A DNA stretch of 64,000 bases. It comes from an uncultured delta proteobacterium (GTDB lineage: Bacteria > Myxococcota_A > Polyangia > Polyangiales > Polyangiaceae). Positions 29,613 to 39,583 of the stretch are shown here, in pieces. The position numbers and the translations under genes were made by a program. Where the stretch lies: contig CAWDXG010000001.1 in NCBI GenBank assembly GCA_963806225.1, forward strand, positions 736,001 to 800,000, in the 5' to 3' direction. Below the pieces are notes generated by a model that saw only the letters and a list, made by a program, of their open reading frames with translations, had not been told where the DNA came from and did no database searches. Position 1 is the first letter of the stretch, and the number at the start of each line of letters is the position of its first letter.

Positions 29613-32600
29613 ATGGACAAAAGGGTGAATGGAGCGTCCCGGGAGGTCGCGGCGCGGCTCGATGTCGCGGCGCAGCTCTCCGGGAGGAAGCTGGTCGTTG
29701 TCGGCGGGACCGGCTTCCTGGGCAAGGTGTGGTGGTCGTTTCTGCTATCGCGCTATCCCGGCGTTGCGCGGCTGTACCTCGTGGTCCGACCGAAACGCGG
29801 GCAGACGGCGGAGGAACGCTTCTGGAACGAGATCGCGCCGAACGATGTGCTGCGCCCGCTCCGCGAGGAACACGGTGACCAGTTCGAGTCGTTCCTGCGC
29901 GAGAAGGTCATGCCGATCGCCGGCGATGTCGTGCAGCCCTTCTGCGGGCTCGAGCCGGCGCTTCGCGACGAGCTGAGAGGCGAGGTGGACGCAGTAGTCA
30001 ACGCCGCGGGCGTTGTGGACTTCGACCCGCCTCTCGACGAGGCGCTGGAGGTCAATGCCTTCGGCGTGCAGAACCTGGTCGCTCTCGCGAAGCGATCTCG
30101 GCAGCGTGCCCCTCATGCACACCAGCACGTGCTTCGTGGCGGGCAGCCGGACGGGCTTCATCGAGGAGCGCGACCCTCGCGAGCATCCCTTCCCGCGGGC
30201 GGACGAGCTGGCGACGGTGCACTGGGATCCGGACCGCGAGATCGCCGAGTGCCTCGATGTCGTGGAGCAGGCGCGACACCGTGGCAACGACGCGTTCCGC
30301 CAGAGCCGCTTTCTCGACGAGGCGAAGAAGAACCTGCTCGAGCGCGGCGAGCCGGGCAGGGGCGCCACGCTGGACGCCGAGGTCGAGCGCGTGAAGCGCA
30401 AGTTCATCGAGGCGCAGCTGGCCGAGATGGGCATGGAGCGCGCGAAGTTCTGGGGATTCCCGAACACGTACACGTACAGCAAGGCCATCGGCGAGCAGAT
30501 CGTCGCTTCCTCGGGCCTCCGCTTCACGATCGTGCGGCCGGCCATCGTGGAGTCGACGCTCGTCTTCCCGTTCCCCGGTTGGAACGAGGGTATCAACACC
30601 AGTGCGCCGCTCATCTACATCCTGCGCGAGGGCGGGCTGCAGATGCCTGGCGGCGACAACTTCCTCGACTTCATTCCCTGCGACATGGTCGCCGGCGGAA
30701 TGACGCTGTCGCTGGCCGAGCTGCTCGAAGGCACCGCGCCGGCCGTCTACCAGTATGGTTCGAGCGACTCGAACCCGTGCACCATGCGGCGCTTCTTCGA
30801 GCTGACGGGTCTGTACAAGCGTCGCTACTGGCAACGGACGGGTCGGGGAGGGCCGGCGCTCGGATTCATCCAGGCGCACTTCGAAGGCTCGCTCCTCGGC
30901 AAGGAGCAGTTCACGCGTTTCGGGCCGAAGGCCATCGCGCGCGGGGTGAAAGGTGTTTCCAGAGCGATGCGCGCAGCAGCGGTGGGTCCTGCTGCGGCGC
31001 TGCTCAAGCCGACGGCGAAGGCGCTCTCGGGCTTTGCCGAGCAGCAGCGTCGCGTCGGCGATGTGCTCGGCGTGTTCGTCCCGTTCACGGCCGAGTACAA
31101 GTACATCTTCCGCTGCGACAACATGCGTGCAGCCCGAGCGCGCCTGGGCGAAGCAGGATCTGCAGCGCATCAACTGGGATCCGGAAGGCATCGACTGGCG
31201 GCAGTGGTTCCTCGAAGTGCACTGCGTCGGGCTGGAGAAGTGGGTGTTCCCGCTTCTGGACGAGCGGCTCAAGCGCCCGCGCCGCGCTCCCCGGCGGCAC
31301 GAGACGCTGCCCGGGATGCTTGACGAGATGGCCGAGCGCTACGATCTCGGCGTCGCGCTGCAGCGCACGGAGCCCGAGGGACTGAGCCGCATCAGCTTCG
31401 CCGAGTGGCGGCAGCGCTCGCTGGCATGTGCGGCTCGGCTTGCGGAGCTCGGAATCGGTCGCGGCGACCGCGTGCTGCTCGCCGGTGCCAACCATCCGGC
31501 GTGGCCGATCACCTTCTTCGGCATCCAGCTTGCCGGCGCGACGGCGGTGCCGCTCGACGCGAACATCGAGGCGGACATCGCGGAGAATCTCGCGCGCGCC
31601 TCGGGTGCGAAGGTGTTCATCGCGGATGCCCAGGTGCGCGAACGCGTGCGCCCGCTGCTCGGCGATTCGATCGCCTGGCTCGACATGATCGACGGCGCGG
31701 CGCGTGGCGACACCGCCGAACCCGCTGCAGTCGAGCCCGAGGATACGGCGGCGCTCATCTACACCAGCGGCACCACCGGCACGCCCAAGGGCGTGATGCT
31801 GTCGCACGACAACCTGACCGCGCTCGTCGCGTCGCTGGCGCCGCTGTTCCCGCTGGGCCGCGGTGACCGCGTACTGAGCGTGCTCCCGCTCCACCACACT
31901 TTCGAGCTGACCTGCGGCATGCTCCTGCCGCTGTCGCGCGGCTCGCGCATCGTCTACCTGGACGAGCTGACGGCCGAGCGGCTGGAGGTGGGACTCAAGA
32001 GCGGGCGGATCACGGCCATGGTGGGTGTGCCCGCGCTCTGGGAGATGCTCGAGCGCCGCATCCTTTCCCGGGTTGCCGAGCGCGGCGCGCTGGCTTCACG
32101 AGTGTTCAGCTTCGCCGTGGATCTGAACCGCACGCTCGGCATGAATCTCGGAATGGACACGGGCCGGCTGCTGTTCGGCCCGGTACACGAGGCGCTGGGA
32201 GGCCACCTCCGGTACCTGGTGAGCGGCGGCGCAGCGCTGCCCGAGCGCACGCATCAACTCTTCTCCGGAATGGGCCTGCATCTGGCCGAAGGCTACGGCC
32301 TGACGGAAGCGTCACCCGTGCTCACCGTCGCCGAGGCCGGTCCCCGCTCCAGGCCCGGCCACGTCGGCAAGCCGATCCCCGGCGTGGAGATCCGCATCCA
32401 GGAACCGAACGCCGAGGGCGTCGGCGAGGTGCTCGCGCGTGGGCCGAACGTGATGCTCGGCTACGCCGACGATCCTCGAAGCACGGGCCGCACCATCGAC
32501 GAGGACGGCTGGCTGCACACAGGCGATCTGGGCCGGCTCGACAAGCGGGGGCAGCTCGTGATCGTCGGACGCGCGAAGGACACCATCGTCGGTTCCAGTG

Positions 32601-34286
32601 GCGAGAACGTCTATCCCGACGACGTGGAAGCGCGTCTGGGCAAGGTCGAGCACGTTCTGGAGCTGGTCATCGTCGGGACCAGCGATCGCGCGCGGCGGCG
32701 AGCGTGTGGCCTGCGTCGCGGTGCCGGAAGAAGACGCGGCACTCTCCCGCGCCGAACGCCACGCGCGCGCACGCCAGGCGCTGGACAAGGCGCTCTCGGC
32801 GCTGCCGGCGTCGAGCCGTCCCGCGGTGGTCACTCTGCTCGACACGCCGCTGCCCCGCACCGCCACGCGCAAGGTCAAGCGCCCGGAAGTCCGTCGCCTG
32901 ATCGAACGCGTGGCGCCGCTCAGCGAGAGGCCGCCGCGGCTCGACCCGGCACAGGCCGAGGGGCTCGACGGCGCGGCGCGCGCGGTGCGGGCGGCCGTGG
33001 CCGCCATCGCGCGCCGGGCACCCGATTCGCTGTCTCCGGAGACGAGCCTCAGAGGCGATCTCGGGTTCGATTCGCTCATGCTGCTGGAGCTGCTGGTCGC
33101 GCTGGAGGCACAGGCGGGCAGCCCCCTGGATGCCGAGCGGCTGAACGACTGCGTGAGCGTGGGCGACGCGGAAACCCTGCTGAGGGAGCACGGAGGCTCG
33201 CAGAAGCGGTCCGCAAGCTCGACGATCGAGCGCGAGCAGGACGAGCCGCTGGAGCTGCCGCCGGCGATGCGCGAAGCGGCGATGCATTGGCTGGGTCGCG
33301 CCCAGATGGGCTTCTATGACAGCGTGCTCGAGACGAAGGTCAGCGGTCGGGCGTTCATCCCGCACAACAAGAACACGCTCATCGCCGCCAACCACGCAAG
33401 CCACCTCGACATGGGGCTCGTGAAGTTCGCCCTCGGCAGCTACGGAACGGGCATCGTGTCGCTGGCGGCGCAGGACTATTTCTTCGAGGGCGGTCGCTGG
33501 CGTCGGGCGTATTTCGAGAACCTGACGAATCTCGTGCCCATGTCCCGCGCAGGCTCGCTCCGGCAGAGCCTCCGGCAGGCGGGCGACCTGCTGGAGCAGG
33601 GCAACACGGTGCTGATCTTCCCCGAGGGCACGCGCAGCTCCGACGGCGAGGTGCACGAGTTCAAGCCGGCCGTCGGCCATCTCGCTCTTGCCCACGACGT
33701 GGATATCCTTCCGGTGCACCTGGGCGGCACGCACGCGGCACTTCCCAAGGGAGCGACGCTGCTCAGGCGCCGCAATGTGACGGCGCGCATCGGCCCGCCT
33801 CTCGAATCCGGACAGCTGCGTCGGCTCACAGCCGGCATGACGAACAGCGAGGCTTCGCGGGCCGTCGCCCGCCTGGCCCGCCGCGCAGTGCTGGCGTTGT
33901 CGCGCGGCGAGGTGCTCGACATCAGCCGGCTGGAGAGGATCGACGACGGGCCGGCTCCGGAAGAGGAGTCGCTCGCCGATGTCTTTCGCGAGCTGGAGAA
34001 CCGTTTCGTCGCCGGCAGCGTCGACGATCCGGTGAGCTTCTACTTCTCGTTGGGCGGCGGCGAGCGCTGGACGGTGAAGATCTCGCGCGAGCACTGCGAA
34101 GTAAAACCCGGCAAGGTCGAGTCCGCCGACTGCGTGCTGAAGACCACGCCCACCATGTTCACGCGCATCGTGCGCGAGGCGTACACACCGTCACCGGCGG
34201 AGTTCATGTCGGGAACTGTCAAGAGCAACAACATCGGCCTGCTGCTCACCTTCCAGAAGGCCTTCCAGCTCTCGGAGCCCGGCTGA
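29613..34286 (+). CDS. elbD: ElbD-like multifunctional ether-lipid enzyme: acyl reductase, acyl-CoA ligase, ACP, acyltransferase, SCP2 (three +1 frameshifts)
   Basis: GGTGFLGKV and NTYTYSK (FAR); YTSGTTGTPKG (AMP-binding); DLGFDSL (ACP); NHASHLD and FPEGTRS (PlsC); SCP2-like tail. Frame changes near 30093, 31151 and 32687. Confidence 0.85.
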
Positions 34287-35317
34287 TGGCACGCTACTGG
34301 GTCGGCGGCGCGACCGGATTTCTCGGTTCGCATCTGGTGCGGGTGCTGCGCGAGCGCGGCCACGAGGTTGTGGGCGCGTCGCTCGGCGGCGGGCGCGTGG
34401 CGGATGTCAACGTCGAGCAGGTCGACGTGCTCGACGCGGGCGCGGTCGAAAGGAGCGCTCGCGGCGCCGACGGCGCGTTCCTCGCAACGGGTCGCGTGTC
34501 GCGCGACCGCGACGCCCAGGAGGCGCTGCACCGGCTGCACGTCGTGGGCACGCGCACGGCGCTTTCGGGGCTCGCGGCCGCGGGCGTGCGGCGCGCCGTC
34601 GTGGCAAGCACCAGCGGCACGATTGCGGTGGGAACCGACCCCGACCGCGTGCTGGACGAGTCCGCCGCTGCACCGATGGAGATCATCGCGTCGTGGCCGT
34701 ACTACCGTACGAAGTACTACGCCGAGCGCGAGGCGCTCGAGGCGAACAGTCCGCCCGCGTTCGAGGTGGTGATCGTCAACCCGAGCCTGCTGCTAGGCCC
34801 CGGTGATCTGCGGGAGTCGTCCACGGGGGACGTGCGGCGCTTTCTCGAGCGCAGCGTGCCGGCCGTTCCGGCGGGAGGCATCGCGTTCGTCGACGTACGC
34901 GATGCCGCTTCCGGCATGCTGGCGGCCTTCGAGCGCGGGGAGGCCGGCGAGCGCTACATCCTCAACGCGAAGAACATGACGATCGCGGCATTCTTCCAGC
35001 GCCTCGAACGCCTCACCGGCGTCCGGGGACCGCGCCTGCGTATGCCGGCGTCGCGATCGCTAGCGCTGGGAGCGAACCGGTTGTTTTCCCGCGCCGTCCG
35101 CGCCATCGGCGGCACGCCGCCGGTGGACGAGGTCAGCGTCGAGCTGGGCCAGTACTTCTGGTATTGCACGAGCGAGAAGGCCGAGCGAGAGCTCGGCTGG
35201 AGCGCGCGCGATCCCGGCGAGACGCTGCGCGATACCGTAAACGATCTCGTGGCCCGGGGGGTCGCGCACCCAGGCGGTGCGCGTCTCGGGGAAGAGCGCG
35301 AGAAGGTGCTGACCTGA
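34286..35317 (+). CDS. NAD-dependent epimerase/dehydratase (ElbE-like)
   Basis: GATGFLG and YYRTK motifs; start overlaps the upstream stop (TGATG). Confidence 0.88.
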   Translation: MARYWVGGATGFLGSHLVRVLRERGHEVVGASLGGGRVADVNVEQVDVLDAGAVERSARGADGAFLATGRVSRDRDAQEALHRLHVVGTRTALSGLAAAGVRRAVVASTSGTIAVGTDPDRVLDESAAAPMEIIASWPYYRTKYYAEREALEANSPPAFEVVIVNPSLLLGPGDLRESSTGDVRRFLERSVPAVPAGGIAFVDVRDAASGMLAAFERGEAGERYILNAKNMTIAAFFQRLERLTGVRGPRLRMPASRSLALGANRLFSRAVRAIGGTPPVDEVSVELGQYFWYCTSEKAERELGWSARDPGETLRDTVNDLVARGVAHPGGARLGEEREKVLT

Positions 35318-35342
35318 CGCTGCCTGGCGCGGCCCAGCGCGC

Positions 35343-36203
35343 CTACTGGATTGTGCCGCCGCAGTCGACGAACGACGCGATGGTCGTGTCGATGCGGAAG
35401 TGCGACTCGGTGGTGTGGCGCTCCGCGGAGAACACCTCCAACGAGTAGGTGCCGCCCTTCTGTAGGCCCAGCGCGCTGGCCTGCGCGTCGAGATCCACCG
35501 AATCGGTCTCGGCGCCGTGCACACCGCCTAGATCGATGGCGAGCTTGCCGTTGATGAACGTCCACAGGTCGTCGTCGCCGGTGAACTTGAACACCTCGCC
35601 GCCGTTGTAGACGAACTTCGTGTGGATCTCGAACGTGAAGTGGAAGTTGTGGTTGTTGCCCTCGTTGCCCCAGCCCTGGTTGTCGATGGGGAAGAAGGCT
35701 CCGTTGTCGTAGGTGTAGACGTCGCCGCTCGCCTTGGTGAGCGTGATCGTGTACGGGATCTTCTTATTGACGTTTGGCACGTCGTGGTACCACTGGTCGA
35801 ACGTCGTCTGGCTGTGGACCGTGGTGGTCGGCTGGGAGCCGTGCGCGTACTCGGGCTTGTGATCGGCGCCCAGCAGCGTCTTCACGATGCCCTTGTCGTC
35901 GGCGATCGTGTACTCGAAGTCGGGGTGGCTCTGCTGGAAGTCGCGGATGGTGCCGGTGAGCGAGCTGCCGCAGTAGCCGTTGCCGCCGGCGCCGCCCGGG
36001 CCGTTGTTGCCGCCGGTGCCGTTGCCGCCGTTGCCATTGCCGCCCAGATTGACGTTCCCGCCATTGCCGCCGGTGCCGTTGCCGGCGCCCGAGCCGCCGC
36101 TGGCGTTCGAGGCCGTGCCCCCGGTGCTACCACCGCAGGAGACGCCAGTGAGCGCCGCGAGGGAAAGGATTGCGGCTACGGCAAACCGACGGGAAGCAAT
36201 CAT
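35343..36203 (-). CDS. Fibro-slime (PA14-related) domain lipoprotein
   Basis: IRDF..HPDFE, HNFHFTFE, FTGDDDLWTFING, DLGGVH and AERHT motifs. Confidence 0.9.
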   Translation of the reverse strand: MIASRRFAVAAILSLAALTGVSCGGSTGGTASNASGGSGAGNGTGGNGGNVNLGGNGNGGNGTGGNNGPGGAGGNGYCGSSLTGTIRDFQQSHPDFEYTIADDKGIVKTLLGADHKPEYAHGSQPTTTVHSQTTFDQWYHDVPNVNKKIPYTITLTKASGDVYTYDNGAFFPIDNQGWGNEGNNHNFHFTFEIHTKFVYNGGEVFKFTGDDDLWTFINGKLAIDLGGVHGAETDSVDLDAQASALGLQKGGTYSLEVFSAERHTTESHFRIDTTIASFVDCGGTIQ

Positions 36204-36385
36204 GGCAAGACCTCCGGACGGGACGTTCACCCCGTCTTTTCCAGGCTATCAGCGCGGTGCTCCGCCTTCAACTCGGCTGCCGGGAAGGGACTTTGCCGCC
36301 AGGTATTCCGCCGCGATTGCACGGCATCGTGAGCCGTCCGGGGCTCGCCATGCGCTCGCCGTACGGCGTGCTTACCCTTAGGAGC

Positions 36386-37090
36386 ATGACGGGGCTCACA
36401 CGCTGGGGTGCGTTCTTGGCTGCGGGGCTGGTCTTGTCCGGATGTTCGCGGCAGCCGGCGGCAGCGCCGGGCAGCGAGGCATCGACCGAGCAGCAGCTTG
36501 TCGATCGATCCGCCGACGCGCTCGTTGCGATGCGCGACAGCGGACGCTTTCCCGCGCTCGGCTACTTCCTGACGCACGCGAAGGGAGTGATGGTCTTTCC
36601 GCGCGTCATCAAGGCCGGGCTCATCCTGGGAGGTTCGGGGGGCAACGGCGTGCTCGTGGCACGCCAGCCCGACGGCAGCTGGAGCGCGCCGGCCTTCTAC
36701 TCGCTCGGCGGCGGCAGTGCCGGTGCCCAGATAGGTTTCCAGCAGGCCGCGGTGGTGCTCTGCTTCATGAGCGAGTCGGCGTTGAGGTCGGCGATCGACC
36801 GGGGACTCACGCTTGGCACCGACGCCAGTGTGGCGGCCGGCACGATCGGCAACAGCGGGAAGGCTGTAGCCAAGAGCTCTGCCAGCGATATCTACCAGCT
36901 TGTGAACGCGGGTGGGCTCTTCGCAGGCGTGTCGCTAACGGGCACCGTGGTCTCGGCGCGCGACTCGTTCAACCGGGCCTACTATGGACCGGAAGCCACC
37001 ACGCGCGGCATCGTGGTCGACGGCCGCTTCGATCGTCCCAGCGCAGCTGTGCTGAAGCAGGCGCTGTCCGCGGGAGAGCGGCAGCAGTAA
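36386..37090 (+). CDS. SYLF/Ysc84 lipid-binding domain lipoprotein
   Basis: KAGLILGGSGGNGV, WSAPAF and GLFAGVSL motifs; lipobox LSGC. Confidence 0.9.
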   Translation: MTGLTRWGAFLAAGLVLSGCSRQPAAAPGSEASTEQQLVDRSADALVAMRDSGRFPALGYFLTHAKGVMVFPRVIKAGLILGGSGGNGVLVARQPDGSWSAPAFYSLGGGSAGAQIGFQQAAVVLCFMSESALRSAIDRGLTLGTDASVAAGTIGNSGKAVAKSSASDIYQLVNAGGLFAGVSLTGTVVSARDSFNRAYYGPEATTRGIVVDGRFDRPSAAVLKQALSAGERQQ

Positions 37091-37164
37091 CGCTGCGTAC
37101 CCGATCATGTCGGCGGAGCAGTGCGGCTGGAGCTGCGGGGTTCGCGTCACGGGTGTTGTCGGGA

Positions 37165-37181
37165 TGTCTCGATTCGAGACA
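37165..37181. promoter_or_regulatory. Perfect palindrome, candidate operator of the GNAT-HDO-YcaO operon
   Basis: TGTCTCGA-T-TCGAGACA in the intergenic region about 75 bp upstream of the likely GNAT start. Confidence 0.5.
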
Positions 37182-37255
37182 CGTTGTCAGCTCGGGAAGG
37201 ATGCGGCGTCGAAAACTTGGTCTCGCGCTTCGCGTTGGTGCACCTTCCGCGCTCG

Positions 37256-37963
37256 ATGCACGACGCCCTCTCTCAAAGGCTCTGGGCACTCGACTGGTCC
37301 GCGCTTCTTCCCTGGACACTCGAAGACGGAGTCCAGCTCGAATGCGGAAGCGTCGAGGATGTTCTGGCGTTCGTTCGGGACCGCTACGCGACGATCTTCG
37401 CAACCGATCCGGATGACCGCCGCTTTCTTCACGAACAGCCGTCCGTTGCCAAGCAGCGGTTTCTGGAGTGCTCCGATCGATTCGCCTTTCGCGAGAAAGG
37501 TCGCGTGATCGGGGTCCTGGTCGGCAACCCGGTTGACTGGAGCACGTACTACTGGCGCACCGTGGCTTTCCTTCCGGAACACCAGGGTCGTGGCCTGCTC
37601 GCCGCGGCGCTCGCGCGGACCGACGAGGTGATGCGCGCCGCCGGCATCGAACGCGTCGAGGGGGACGCCGCGCCCGCCAACTACCGCCAGGTGCGGCTCT
37701 TGTTGCGCCTGGGCTACTGCATCACGGGCCAGAACAATAGCGAACGCTGGGGAGCGATGCTCCGTTTGACCAAATTCCTGCGCCACGAGGCAGAGCACGT
37801 GTTCCTCGAGCAGTTCTGCAAGGATTCGAAGCTTCCGGGCCATCCGGCCCGAAAATCGAAAGAGAAAGGAGCTCAGCGTGAAGAAATTCGCAACCGGTTG
37901 CTTCTAGGCACTGTCGAGCCAGAGTCGGCCGCCCTGGCTAGCGTGCTGGGAGGTCAGCCGTGA
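37256..37963 (+). CDS. GNAT-family N-acyltransferase
   Basis: VAFLPEHQGRGL acyl-CoA binding motif and N..QVRLLLRLGY. Start uncertain (37217 or 37256). Confidence 0.85.
   Translation: MHDALSQRLWALDWSALLPWTLEDGVQLECGSVEDVLAFVRDRYATIFATDPDDRRFLHEQPSVAKQRFLECSDRFAFREKGRVIGVLVGNPVDWSTYYWRTVAFLPEHQGRGLLAAALARTDEVMRAAGIERVEGDAAPANYRQVRLLLRLGYCITGQNNSERWGAMLRLTKFLRHEAEHVFLEQFCKDSKLPGHPARKSKEKGAQREEIRNRLLLGTVEPESAALASVLGGQP
37878..37907 (+). CDS. Candidate 9-aa precursor peptide MKKFATGCF
   Basis: AAAGGAG (37865-37871), 6-nt spacer, GTG AAG AAA TTC GCA ACC GGT TGC TTC TAG; nested in another frame of the GNAT tail, directly upstream of the modifying enzymes. Confidence 0.55.
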   Translation: MKKFATGCF

Positions 37964-38655
37964 TCGGCGACGCTCTACGCGTCGAGCTCGAGCGCTATGC
38001 AGCGACTCTCGAGCAGCAGAACCCGCTCTACCTGGCGGCCAAGCGGGGCGCCTTCACGCCCGAGGTGGCATCGCGCTACCTCGTCAACGTGCGGCACCTG
38101 ATCCGGCACACCTCCCCGCACCTCCGGCGGGCGAGAGCACGAGCTCTGGCCCGGGGCGCCCGGGCGCTGGCGGACCACTACGACCACAAGCTGGCCGAAG
38201 AGCGCGGCCACGACCTGTGGGCAGATCATGATCTGGAGAAGCTCCGAACGCGTTTCGGTACCTCCGGTCGCGCCGGGATCGTTCCGGCGCTGACCGCTCT
38301 GCTCGAGTTTCTCGAGCGGACGATCGACCGCGACCCGGCGCTCTACCTCGCCTACGTGCTGTTTGCCGAATATGTCATCGCGGCGCGCGGCGGCGAGTGG
38401 CTGGCGGTCGTCCGGGACGTTTGCGGCATCCCGATCGGAGCGATGAGCGTGATCGCCCGGCACGCGGAGCTCGACCGGGAGCACACCCACGAAGGCTTCG
38501 AGACGATCGACGCGCTCGTCACGGAGCCGGCGATGCTCGCTCCGATGCGCGAGGTGCTGCTCGCTTCACGCGACCTCTTCGAGGGCTTCTGCCGCGAGAT
38601 CGTCTCCGACGCGTGCAGCACGGAGGCGCCATGGATGGTGGCCGAGACAGGCTGA
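37960..38655 (+). CDS. Heme-oxygenase-like diiron oxidase (CADD/PqqC-fold, iron-containing redox enzyme)
   Basis: All-helical ~230 aa protein with EERGH, FAEY and HAELDREH metal-ligand pattern; GGAGG RBS; GTGA overlap with the GNAT stop. Confidence 0.8.
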   Translation: MIGDALRVELERYAATLEQQNPLYLAAKRGAFTPEVASRYLVNVRHLIRHTSPHLRRARARALARGARALADHYDHKLAEERGHDLWADHDLEKLRTRFGTSGRAGIVPALTALLEFLERTIDRDPALYLAYVLFAEYVIAARGGEWLAVVRDVCGIPIGAMSVIARHAELDREHTHEGFETIDALVTEPAMLAPMREVLLASRDLFEGFCREIVSDACSTEAPWMVAETG

Positions 38656-39554
38656 GCCGGGAACTGCCCATTCCCAAGGGCTGGTCGGAGCTCGAGATGG
38701 TCGACGACTGTGTGGACATCGCGGGCGTGCAGGTTCATCGGGCCGGCATATCGAGCCGCAACAGCTCCGGCATCGAGGTGACGGGGAGCGCTGCCGCGCG
38801 GGGCGGCTCGCCGCTCAGGCGCGCTTGGCTCGAGCTGCTCGAGCGGATGGCGATCGTCGACTCGGGCGTGAGCTCGAGCGACGACCCACGCCGGCGCCCG
38901 TCCCGGTCCAACGGCGTGGCCGCGCATGCGACCTGGGCAGCGGCCTGCGAGAGCGCGAGGCTCGAGTTGATCGAGCGCGATCGCATTCTCCGCTCTTGGT
39001 ACGGCGAGCTCACGCCCGAGATGGCATCTGTTCCGGACGCGGTCTGCGACATCCGCAGCCACGCATGGCAGGCGTGCGTGGTATCCGGCGAACCGTGGGG
39101 CGAAGTCGAGGTCGCTGCTGTCGTGGGTTTCCCGCACGACCCGGAGATACCGCTGGCGCGGGGGTTTGCGGCGCGCGCTTCGCGCCGTGCGGCGATCGAG
39201 GCGGCGGGCCGCGAAGCGCTCCAGACGTTGGCGTTCCTGTGGGCTGAGCCGGTGCCGGTGGAACCGCCGGAGCTCTCCCCGACGCCCATCTACCACCTCG
39301 ACTACTACCTGTACCCACCTCACCACGCCGCGCTCCGCGGCTGGCTTGCCGGCGAGCACATGCGTTGTCCACAGCCTCTGGTTCCCGCGCCGGCTGACAT
39401 CCGCTTCATCGATCTCACGCCGCCTACGCTCGGCGGACGGCTGCATGTGGCCCAGGCGGCGAGCGAAGTGGCCTGTTCGTTGGAATTCGGCGAGCCGTCC
39501 GCGGCGGTGGCCGCTCGCCTGCCGCCGGAGCTTCACGTGCACCCGATATCCTGA
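38631..39554 (+). CDS. YcaO-like protein (compact, ~307 aa)
   Basis: ATP/Mg-binding motifs ELLER and SNGVAAH...ELIERD; Pro-rich C-terminus PPELHVHPIS; GGAGG RBS at 38622. Confidence 0.85.
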   Translation: MDGGRDRLSRELPIPKGWSELEMVDDCVDIAGVQVHRAGISSRNSSGIEVTGSAAARGGSPLRRAWLELLERMAIVDSGVSSSDDPRRRPSRSNGVAAHATWAAACESARLELIERDRILRSWYGELTPEMASVPDAVCDIRSHAWQACVVSGEPWGEVEVAAVVGFPHDPEIPLARGFAARASRRAAIEAAGREALQTLAFLWAEPVPVEPPELSPTPIYHLDYYLYPPHHAALRGWLAGEHMRCPQPLVPAPADIRFIDLTPPTLGGRLHVAQAASEVACSLEFGEPSAAVAARLPPELHVHPIS

Positions 39555-39583
39555 CGAGGGCTCGTGGTGTAGGGTAACCGGCT

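Noticed and set aside
29613..34286. Programmed frameshifting or four separate genes in the elbD region
   Set aside because: Breaks fall inside domains, there are no slippery heptamers or restart RBSs, and the same +1 pattern occurs in unrelated genes.
37217..37250. Possible sigma-54 promoter upstream of the GNAT (TGGTCTCGCGCTTCG; TGGTGCACCTTCCGC)
   Set aside because: The first lacks GC at the required GG-N10 spacing; the second has a poor -12 element and is too close to the likely ATG.
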